From NCBI GenBank assembly GCA_035553375.1, contig DATNCY010000159.1, positions 34,653 through 66,652 of the forward strand: a DNA stretch of 32,000 nucleotides. The letters are read 5' to 3'. Shown here in pieces: positions 8,501-14,781 of this stretch. How positions within the stretch are numbered: the stretch's first letter is position 1; every line of letters starts with the position of its first letter. Below the pieces are notes generated by a model that saw only the letters and a list, made by a program, of their open reading frames with translations, was not told the origin of the DNA and ran no database searches. Both the position numbers and the translations under genes were made by a program. This DNA comes from Gemmataceae bacterium (GTDB lineage Bacteria > Planctomycetota > Planctomycetia > Gemmatales > Gemmataceae).

Positions 8501-9019
8501 ACCTTGTGGCGCGTCAACGACGCCGCTTCGCAAGCTCTGGCGGAGGAATTTTATCGGCAACTATGGCAGAACAAGCTGCCGACGCTGGAAGCCTTGCGGC
8601 AAGCCCAACTCGCTCTCTACCGCGACCCCGGCCGCGTGTCGCAGAGCGGACAACGACGCGGCATACCACAACGGGAGCCGTTCCCAGACCCGGAAATTCG
8701 CCTGCCGAGCAGCATCCATCCGAACGATAGGAGCCATACGCAGATGTGGGGGGCCGCTTATGTCCACTCCGGTATGGGTGATCCGCTACTGGATCCGGCT
8801 GAACTGTCCGCGTTGGTTGGCCGTCTGGAAGAACAGGAAACGCCTGAGACCGCAACAGCTTCCTCGTTCGGAGTTCTGCCGGCATTGGCACTGGGCGGAC
8901 TGTTGACGTTGGCCGTCTTCGTTGTCATGCTCATTTGGCGGTTGTGGTGTAAACCGGCGGTAGTGGTTGCCGCGCCGAAGGAGCCTGAAGCGATTTCCGA
9001 CTCCGGTTCGGAACAATGA
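5534..9019 (+). CDS. TPR-repeat / CHAT-domain (caspase-like) protein with N-terminal signal peptide and C-terminal TM anchor
   Basis: The GTG at 5471 lies inside the REP. The ATG at 5534 follows AGGAAA and gives MKRHVVLIALILVLARTAITPAQQ, which is signal-like. A long helical TPR-like region follows, with repeated motifs such as LANLASAHVALGEFLPAL and LGHLYLHRGEDKQA. The CHAT core has the His motif EAHLSTHGFF (His codon 8159-8161) and the Cys motif LIVLDACETG (Cys codon 8408-8410), then GVQGLQRAVHLVGCPNVIATLWRVND. The C-terminal hydrophobic helix is LPALALGGLLTLAVFVVMLIW. Confidence 0.9.
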   Translation: MKRHVVLIALILVLARTAITPAQQEIKDFFQGLEDKADRIRKWEREEQQKIAQEMRAESERLRPFWLMLEAEQLQGENQFLPAIERTKEAARKYEGKRAEQLTFAGAAAYREILLQLGRLYALIGEQEQARQAALQAWKIHEVVMASSRRGRRADQQDRMRTALAVALVLVAADQPDEAAVFVHRAFDVGRQMPEPFNRPEQNPFLVEALLLKSMLANNAGNYPAALVAGKELERLLRRQYPCTTHPDGDPKLAAGLANLASAHVALGEFLPALSLLDEADRILGQHDPKGKPIRAEVKRILGHLYLHRGEDKQAQDNITKARLMYEELFPEKSYPRSHPALIQALASLADLLNHYHHRETLDYAKLAWQHCQRRYAQQSHSQKVSVLLTYGRCLRDAGQLESARRRFAEAVDMASVLGAAKPTAGGDSLTALCQLHLGSLLGRQGRYDEARKLFQSAQATYQKFFPDGHPHLFAIAGYQGVLASRQGDRAGARAAFARALQLDQKQLRHFARTVAEVEVLSFTQPRQLVLHGYLSASRGEPELDEQAFRWVWASKNAVTRLAQARRAAVRLAGDRGNPEAKRILAELVDTCARLRQGQTTVHAGTSLPTLVKEMNRLELELSQFWPEAERLLHEAENDPGDLAAHLPSGSAFIDFVRYTDLAEGQAFQPRYVAFVALPGRKPRRIELELAQPIDETVNAWRKSVDGWNPRMPDAARRDYEQESETLAAKLRRIVWERIAPVLPAETRLLILAPDGDLARFPFAALPGDQARTILLQKFSIAYVPHGQFLLAHLHQDKARPRQSDSFLAVGGVAYGTPGALPDRAFKDLPGSLGVIELAKRWPTTQTTHILRDREATVNRLLGKLPEVSEAHLSTHGFFDEKALNEEREQQTRMIRDWTPRLETPVGYIGLGHRFPLSFVGLVLAGANEPNTADGGILTGETLSHLSLPRSRLIVLDACETGLGKYTAGEGVQGLQRAVHLVGCPNVIATLWRVNDAASQALAEEFYRQLWQNKLPTLEALRQAQLALYRDPGRVSQSGQRRGIPQREPFPDPEIRLPSSIHPNDRSHTQMWGAAYVHSGMGDPLLDPAELSALVGRLEEQETPETATASSFGVLPALALGGLLTLAVFVVMLIWRLWCKPAVVVAAPKEPEAISDSGSEQ

Positions 9020-9052
9020 ACTCGCTTACTCCTCCGTTCGAGGAATCTTCCA

Positions 9053-11212
9053 ATGCCCATCTCCATCCGTTGTCCGAAATGCTCCATTATTCTCCGGGTG
9101 GCCGACACTTCGGTTGGCCAGAATGTGCGTTGTCCAAAGTGTCAGGCGGTGATCCATGTCGCCGCGCCCGCATCGCCGGTTCCGCCGGTCGCCATCCCGG
9201 TACGTCCGGCCACGCCTTCCATCCGGGCATCGCAGTCGGCACCTGCTCTATCTCGCCGACCTGCTCCCACTACCGTAGCCAGCGAATCCATCGTGAAGCC
9301 AGCCCGCGGTCGAGGACGACTCATCGGCCTGCTTTCCGCCGGCCTTGGCCTCATCGTGCTGCTTGGGGTTATGGTTTTGTGGTGGGCTGTCTCTCGGCGT
9401 CAGCCGCACGATGTTCGCGGCAATACCGAGAACCCGCAGGCAGCCGTTTCGCGCTCGGGAACGATACCGGAGACCATTCCGAGAGAGAACGCGAGGCCGA
9501 CCGAAAAACCGAAGTTTGAACAGGAGCCGAAGTCGGCGGAGAAGACGTCTGATCCGTCCGGCGGAGAATCGACCTCAACGATGCTGGAGCCGTTGCTGCC
9601 GGTGGAAGCGGCGGCCGACGATCCGCCCGGCGTCAGCGTCCCCCTGTTCTTCGCCCAGTTCCGTTCGCTGAGCAAGCTGCTTGGGGATGCCCAACTACTT
9701 GCCGTCGCTCTGGGCAAGAAACAGGAGCTTGACGACGGTTTGCTGAAAATGAAAAAATCCATCAGCACGGAAGGCATGCAGGGATTCGACGCAGGCAAAC
9801 CGTGGGGCGTCTATGCGCGTGTCCGCGATAAGGGCGACATCGGGACCGTCGTGCTTTTGCTGCCCGTCCGAAAAGAAAATTCGTTCCGCCGTCTGTTACA
9901 AGATCTTGGTTTCCAGGAACAGGCTTCTCGCGGAGACTTAATCTCGTACAAGTTCCCCGATCAGCCCTTGCTGCCGGTGATATTCCCGGTGAAACTCCCC
10001 GAACAATTTTACCTGCGCTTCGCCGGCGATTACGCGCACATTTGCCTCATGGGAGATCCGAATCTGCTGGTAGGCGATAAAATGCTACCGGCCGCATCCT
10101 TATTTGCTCCCGGCCGCGATAAGCTTCTATCCGCAACGCTGCGGATCGATCGGCTGCCCAAACCGTGGTGCGAAGCGTGGATGGCCAAGGCGAAGGAGGG
10201 GAAGGGATTGCTTCCCCAGGCCGATTCGGAGATCGTCCGCACCTATGGCGTCGCATTTGCTGAGAAATTGACTGAGTATGCGACCGACCTCGTGAAAGAA
10301 GGGAGAAACCTCACCTTCGAGATGGAATTGAACCGCAAGAGCGAGAGCATCGCGGTCGATCTGTATTTACAGGGTCAAAAAGGCTCTCGATTATCGGCAA
10401 ACCTCGCTGCTCTGAGTAAAACCCCCAGCCTGTTTGGTTCCCTGGCGCAACCGGATGCCGCCTTCCGTTTTCTGGTCAATGTCCGTTTGCCGTGGGAATT
10501 GCGGCAAATGTTGCCGGCTCTCGTCAACGAGGCGACCCGGCAAACGCTCCGCGATGCGACCGCTGAAGATCGCCGGAAACACGAACCCCTTTTCCGTACC
10601 CTGGGAGAAACCTTCGCGGCCGGCGAACTCGATGGCGTGGTGGTCGTGCGGAGTCGCGGCGAAGGGAAACCGGCATCAGTCGAGGGCGGTTTGAAAGTGC
10701 CCAATGGGGCAGCCCTCGATAAACTCTTCCGCGATCTGGTTGCCGAGCTTCCGGACAAGGCCGTTCGCGATCTGTTTGAGATGGAGGCCGAGGATTTCGG
10801 CGGCGTCAAAGCGCATCGCTTCCGTGCGCAACAGTATTTTACGGACACGCCGCGCAAAGTATTCGGAGACAACCCGTTCTACTACGCCTTTCGCTCGGAC
10901 GCGCTTTTCTATGCGGCGGGAGACAGGAGCAAGCAGACTCTTGCGGATGCTCTGCCGTCGCGGCCCAAGGAATCGCCTCTTGCTCTGCTGACGGTGAATC
11001 TTCGGCAACTCAACCAGTTGCTTCCCCTTCAGAGCGAGGATGCGCCGCTGCCACGCGAGCAGTTCACCAGGGCGCATCCGGGCCGCATCCGTTTGGAACT
11101 TGCCGGCGGTGATTCCTTGCGGTTCCATGTGGGCATCGAACTGGCCGTCCTGCGGTTTCTCATCACTCGATTGGATCAACTTCCTTTCCGGATCGAGACG
11201 AAGCCGCGCTAG
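9053..11212 (+). CDS. Zn-ribbon / single-TM protein with large extracytoplasmic domain of unknown function
   Basis: ATG at 9053 follows GAGGAA and lies 33 nt after the CHAT stop. The N-terminus is MPISIRCPKCSIILRV...VRCPKCQAVIHV, a CxxC...CxxC zinc ribbon. Then come a Pro-rich linker, a TM helix (LIGLLSAGLGLIVLLGVMVLWWAV) and ~590 aa with no recognised domain. Confidence 0.85.
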   Translation: MPISIRCPKCSIILRVADTSVGQNVRCPKCQAVIHVAAPASPVPPVAIPVRPATPSIRASQSAPALSRRPAPTTVASESIVKPARGRGRLIGLLSAGLGLIVLLGVMVLWWAVSRRQPHDVRGNTENPQAAVSRSGTIPETIPRENARPTEKPKFEQEPKSAEKTSDPSGGESTSTMLEPLLPVEAAADDPPGVSVPLFFAQFRSLSKLLGDAQLLAVALGKKQELDDGLLKMKKSISTEGMQGFDAGKPWGVYARVRDKGDIGTVVLLLPVRKENSFRRLLQDLGFQEQASRGDLISYKFPDQPLLPVIFPVKLPEQFYLRFAGDYAHICLMGDPNLLVGDKMLPAASLFAPGRDKLLSATLRIDRLPKPWCEAWMAKAKEGKGLLPQADSEIVRTYGVAFAEKLTEYATDLVKEGRNLTFEMELNRKSESIAVDLYLQGQKGSRLSANLAALSKTPSLFGSLAQPDAAFRFLVNVRLPWELRQMLPALVNEATRQTLRDATAEDRRKHEPLFRTLGETFAAGELDGVVVVRSRGEGKPASVEGGLKVPNGAALDKLFRDLVAELPDKAVRDLFEMEAEDFGGVKAHRFRAQQYFTDTPRKVFGDNPFYYAFRSDALFYAAGDRSKQTLADALPSRPKESPLALLTVNLRQLNQLLPLQSEDAPLPREQFTRAHPGRIRLELAGGDSLRFHVGIELAVLRFLITRLDQLPFRIETKPR

Positions 11213-11226
11213 AGGACAAAACCCTG

Positions 11227-11281
11227 CCAGCCCGCAGCACCAGCAAGGGAATGAATCACCCTTGCTGGCGCTGCGGGCTGG
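11227..11281. repeat. REP-like palindromic element between convergent genes
   Basis: CCAGCCCGCAGCACCAGCAAGGG (11227-11249), 9-nt loop, CCCTTGCTGGCGCTGCGGGCTGG (11259-11281), with one mismatch. It fills the 72-nt gap between two convergent stop codons. Confidence 0.9.
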
Positions 11282-11284
11282 CCA

Positions 11285-12673
11285 TCATGGTTTTTTCAGC
11301 ACCGCTTGTAGGGCGGTTGTCATGGCCTTTTCCGCACCGGGCGCCACCCAACACCAATCGTTCAAATTCGTGTCGCCCTCCTCGAACGCCTTCTCGGTGG
11401 GAATGTAGCCGGGGGCGCATTCGCCGTAACCGGCGACAACGACAAAAGAGTCTGGCCGTAATCGCTGCGCGAGCAACTGATACTCGACGTAGGATTCTGC
11501 CGGCAACAGCAACAACTGCGCAATGCCGAAGTCGAGCAGCGGTACATCGATCTTGTGTCCCGCATCGGCGCGCTTGCGCCAACTCAATCCCAGCGCGGCC
11601 AGGCATTGACCGAACGGTTTCGGATCGTTCGTCAAACGCCGCGTCAGGTCGTCCTTGGTGAAACCACGACTGTTACGCGGTTCGAGGCGCAGCGGCACAC
11701 TGCGGAACGCGATCTGTTTCAGCGGATGGCGTTTGGTCGCTTTCCAGGCGGCAACCATGCCCTGATACATCCGCTCGGCGAGGATGGGGCGGTTCTCGGG
11801 CGCGCCGTCGTTGTACTTGCCGGCGGTGACGTTGCCGCTACATCCGGACAGGTAAATCTGCGCGACCCTGGGTTCGTCCGCGCCCCGACGCTTGCGCGCG
11901 AGGCCCATGAAATCGCTGGAAACCTCGCCCCGACCGTAGTAGCTCATGGGGTGGGTTGCATAGCAAGAGATGGCGAGCAGCGGACGGTCGCCGTCCCAGA
12001 AGCTGAGCGTTTTCAGCCAGGGATCAATGAGACCTTCCGGCTGTTTGCGAACCTCGGCGTCGCGCGTGGCGCTGGTACGGCCGAAGTGTGGCTTGCCATC
12101 CACGCCGAGGTAGCGACGATTCGAGGCGACTTTCTCGACTCGAGCTTGGCCGATGCCGAGATGAGTGAAACGCTGCGGCGTCTTCCGGGCCGCGCGGACG
12201 GCGCGGGCCACGGCTTGCACCGCGCGCTCGTGGAACGCCGGATCGCAAATGCTGGCCTTGGCCTTGTGAGCGCGCAAGATGCGCTCCGCCTCCAGGTCGG
12301 CCACCGGGGCATCGTGCTGATGAACACTGCTGACGAGGACGCGCTCCGGCACGGTATCGGCCGCTTCGGCGAGAACCGTGCGCCAGCGGTCGTAAGCGTC
12401 GTTGCGGATCTCGCACCAATCGACGGCGGCGAGTACGATAGGACGGCCCGCGCCCGCCAATACGAAACCGTGAACAAACAGCGGATCGTTGATTTTTCGC
12501 GCCGGCGCGATGCCGCCGCCCATGAGCGCGTGTCCGAGGGGAACCGTCACCTCGGCCGTGAAGGAGACGAGGTGGAATCCGGCGGGTGGGGCCGACCGTC
12601 CCTCAACGGCGAAACTGCCAAGACAGGCGGCCATGCCACCCAGGGCCGACCGGCGGCTGAGATGTTCGCTCAT
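11285..12673 (-). CDS. Tat-signal exported hypothetical hydrolase-like protein (possibly neutral-ceramidase-like; uncertain)
   Basis: ORF 11285..12808 on the minus strand. The ATG at 12673 follows GAGGA and yields MSEHLSRRSALGGMAACLGSFAV, which carries a twin-arginine motif. It is 462 aa. The functional family is only a weak impression from VTVPLGHALMGGG-type N-terminal motifs. Confidence 0.8.
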   Translation of the reverse strand: MSEHLSRRSALGGMAACLGSFAVEGRSAPPAGFHLVSFTAEVTVPLGHALMGGGIAPARKINDPLFVHGFVLAGAGRPIVLAAVDWCEIRNDAYDRWRTVLAEAADTVPERVLVSSVHQHDAPVADLEAERILRAHKAKASICDPAFHERAVQAVARAVRAARKTPQRFTHLGIGQARVEKVASNRRYLGVDGKPHFGRTSATRDAEVRKQPEGLIDPWLKTLSFWDGDRPLLAISCYATHPMSYYGRGEVSSDFMGLARKRRGADEPRVAQIYLSGCSGNVTAGKYNDGAPENRPILAERMYQGMVAAWKATKRHPLKQIAFRSVPLRLEPRNSRGFTKDDLTRRLTNDPKPFGQCLAALGLSWRKRADAGHKIDVPLLDFGIAQLLLLPAESYVEYQLLAQRLRPDSFVVVAGYGECAPGYIPTEKAFEEGDTNLNDWCWVAPGAEKAMTTALQAVLKKP

Positions 12674-12854
12674 GGTGGAAGTCCTCACGCAACGACAGCA
12701 ATCGTAATGCGGCACGACACCGGGCAACTTACCGAAAGAGAGACCGGCAAGCAAAGGGATTCTTGGAGACACTCGTGAGGCCGTGGGTGGCTGCGCTCGC
12801 TTTCTCACCGGGACGGCGGTAGGCTAAATATCTTCCTCCCCTATCACCGCCGCA

Positions 12855-14612
12855 GTGAGGAACGCCTTGAAAGGTCATTTATTCATCACACCGGGCGACC
12901 TTACGCAATTGAGCGCCCATGCCATCGCTTATTCGGCCAGCAACGCGCTGGGCCGCGACGGTAATCTGTATTCCGCTTTCGCGGCCAATGTGCCGGGTTT
13001 CGCCGAGTGGTACAACCAGCTACGTCCCGGCCAAGGGCAACTCCGCGAGGTCGGCGATGCTTTCTGGATGCCCTTGAAAACAGGCCAGATGCCGCGAGGC
13101 GTGGTCGCCGTCGTCTCGACGGGTGGGCCGGCCACCACCGAGGACAAGGCCGCCATCGCCGTGCGCGCGGCCCTCACTACGGCCGTCCGCGAACTGCGGA
13201 ACACACACGAAAAGCAGAAACATCTGCTCATTGCTTTACCCGCGTTCCGGTTGGGCAAAGGAGGCGATCGCCGACAGCGCTTGCGTTCGGCCCGCGCGCA
13301 GATCAGCGCCGCCCGCGATTTCCTCGCTCACAACGAGGGCGTCGATGTCGCCTTCATTCCGTACACGATCTCGCTCTACCAGATTTTTCTCGAAGCACGC
13401 CGCGAAGTACGCGACAAGCTTTCGTCCGATCCGCCGCGCTATTCCACCTTGGAACAGGCGTTGCTCGCGCGCGAATGCGTCCTGTTCGTCGGCGCCGGCC
13501 TCTCGTCTGGTGCTGGTTTGCCTGACTGGAACAGCCTGGTACAGCGATTAAGCGGCGATCTGGGCATCGAGTGGCAGGATCGACACAATTATCTCGATCT
13601 CGCCCAGTGGTATCGCGAACGCTTCGGTTCGGAGCGACTCGCCGCGGTCATCCGCGACACCTACACGACGACGGCGTATCCGACCCTCGCGCACTACCTG
13701 CTGATGTCGCTGCCGGTTCGCCATGTCATCACGACCAATTACGACGACCTGCTTGAACGCGCTCTGATCGGTCTCAAACGGCATCCCGTCAAGGTTCTGC
13801 ATCAGCAGGATGTGGCCCGCACCGGACAGGATGACGTTTTCGTCGTCAAACTGCACGGCGACGCGGCCCATCCCGATGAGGTCATCCTGACGCGCGACGA
13901 TTACGACGAGTTCTTTCATCGCCGACCGGCGATGGCGCTGCTGCTGGAGGGGTTGCTGCTCAATCAGACGTTCTTTTTCGTCGGCTACGGGCTGCGCGAT
14001 CCGAACTTCCGGCAGATTCAAAGCCGCATCGTGCGCATGCTGCGCGAGGCACAGCGGCCAGCCTTCGCCACGACCTTCGAGGCGTCCGGCGACAACGGTC
14101 CTTATCTCATCGAGCAATGGCGCAACAAGCAGCTGGCTCTTATCAATATCCCCGGCGCGACGCTGGCCGAGCAGCAACACGCATTTCTGCAATTCCTCGA
14201 CAATCTGGCCGATCTGGTAGCGCTCCAGATGCCGCAATTATTTCTCACGCCGGAATTGCAAGTCTCGCCCGAACTGAGGCATCTGCGCAAGCTGCTCCTT
14301 GAGGAAGTCGGAGCCGAGATGGAGACGTTCGCCGAGCGCGACCTATCCGGTTCGACGGCCTGGCAGGATGTACGCTATCTGGCTGAGGTGCTAGAGTTTT
14401 TGACCGCGCACGGTTGGCGACCGGGAACACGCAAGAGCCTTGACTTGTGCCGCTTGTGGGAGCAACTGGCGGCGCACGCGGCGGGGCCGGCCGAGCAGCG
14501 CCGATTGCTCATCGCCGCGCTCGGTGCCGCCGAGGCGTTTGCCGATGTTCAGCGCATTCGGAATAAACTCGCGGAATTGGAACGCCCGATGGAAGGACAG
14601 GCAAATCCTTGA
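12855..14612 (+). CDS. Macro-like domain + SIR2_2 (defence-type sirtuin-like) domain + helical C-terminal domain fusion protein
   Basis: The start is GTG at 12855, or TTG at 12867 which follows GTGAGGAA. Residues 1-185 align by eye to the macro fold: FITPGDLTQLSAHAIAYSASNAL, GVVAVVSTGGP, LLIALPAFRLGKGG, VDVAFIPY. Residues ~200-430 carry the SIR2_2 motifs CVLFVGAGLSSGAGLPDW, VITTNYDDLLE (Asn codon 13737-13739), VVKLHGD (His codon 13854-13856), ILTRDDYDEF and FFFVGYGLRDPNF. The last ~150 aa are helical. Confidence 0.85.
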   Translation: MRNALKGHLFITPGDLTQLSAHAIAYSASNALGRDGNLYSAFAANVPGFAEWYNQLRPGQGQLREVGDAFWMPLKTGQMPRGVVAVVSTGGPATTEDKAAIAVRAALTTAVRELRNTHEKQKHLLIALPAFRLGKGGDRRQRLRSARAQISAARDFLAHNEGVDVAFIPYTISLYQIFLEARREVRDKLSSDPPRYSTLEQALLARECVLFVGAGLSSGAGLPDWNSLVQRLSGDLGIEWQDRHNYLDLAQWYRERFGSERLAAVIRDTYTTTAYPTLAHYLLMSLPVRHVITTNYDDLLERALIGLKRHPVKVLHQQDVARTGQDDVFVVKLHGDAAHPDEVILTRDDYDEFFHRRPAMALLLEGLLLNQTFFFVGYGLRDPNFRQIQSRIVRMLREAQRPAFATTFEASGDNGPYLIEQWRNKQLALINIPGATLAEQQHAFLQFLDNLADLVALQMPQLFLTPELQVSPELRHLRKLLLEEVGAEMETFAERDLSGSTAWQDVRYLAEVLEFLTAHGWRPGTRKSLDLCRLWEQLAAHAAGPAEQRRLLIAALGAAEAFADVQRIRNKLAELERPMEGQANP

Positions 14613-14616
14613 CTTG

Positions 14617-14666
14617 CCAGCCGGCAGCGCCAGCAAGGGAAATCCCTTGCTGGCGCTGCCGGCTGG
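14617..14666. repeat. REP-like palindromic element (perfect 27-bp stem including flanks)
   Basis: CCAGCCGGCAGCGCCAGCAAGGG (14617-14639), loop AAAT, CCCTTGCTGGCGCTGCCGGCTGG (14644-14666). The flanking CTTG/CAAG extend the stem to 14613-14670. The C-to-G variant at arm position 7 is compensated on the partner arm. It starts 4 nt after the SIR2 gene stop. Confidence 0.92.
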
Positions 14667-14781
14667 CAAGACCGCCCGCGAGACGCCGATCCACGCCCTT
14701 GTTGCGCGAGGGGGTGGCTGTTAGACTCAAGCTTCATCCACACCCTCGCCTTATCTATGCCCAGTAGAGGATCCTCCCATC

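Noticed and set aside
2906-11212. Calling the sigma/TPR-CHAT cluster a type III-E CRISPR (Craspase) locus
   Set aside because: The window has no gRAMP/Cas7-11-like giant gene, no Csx30/Csx31-like small genes that I can recognise, and no CRISPR array. Only the sigma plus TPR-CHAT pairing is reminiscent.
11555-12778. 407-aa plus-strand ORF
   Set aside because: It lies entirely antisense to the Tat-signal gene 11285..12673. The translation is Arg/Ala/Gly-rich with no motifs. This is a typical shadow ORF in GC-rich DNA.
12855-14612. Annotating the SIR2 protein as Thoeris ThsA
   Set aside because: No TIR-domain ThsB gene is adjacent, and no SLOG domain is recognisable at the C-terminus. The architecture (Macro-like N-terminus plus SIR2_2) differs from the canonical ThsA forms I know.
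1838-14670. Recurrent 23-nt sequence considered as a CRISPR array
   Set aside because: Copies are kilobases apart, occur as inverted pairs that form hairpins, and sit in intergenic gaps after stop codons. There is no regular repeat-spacer periodicity and there are no cas genes.
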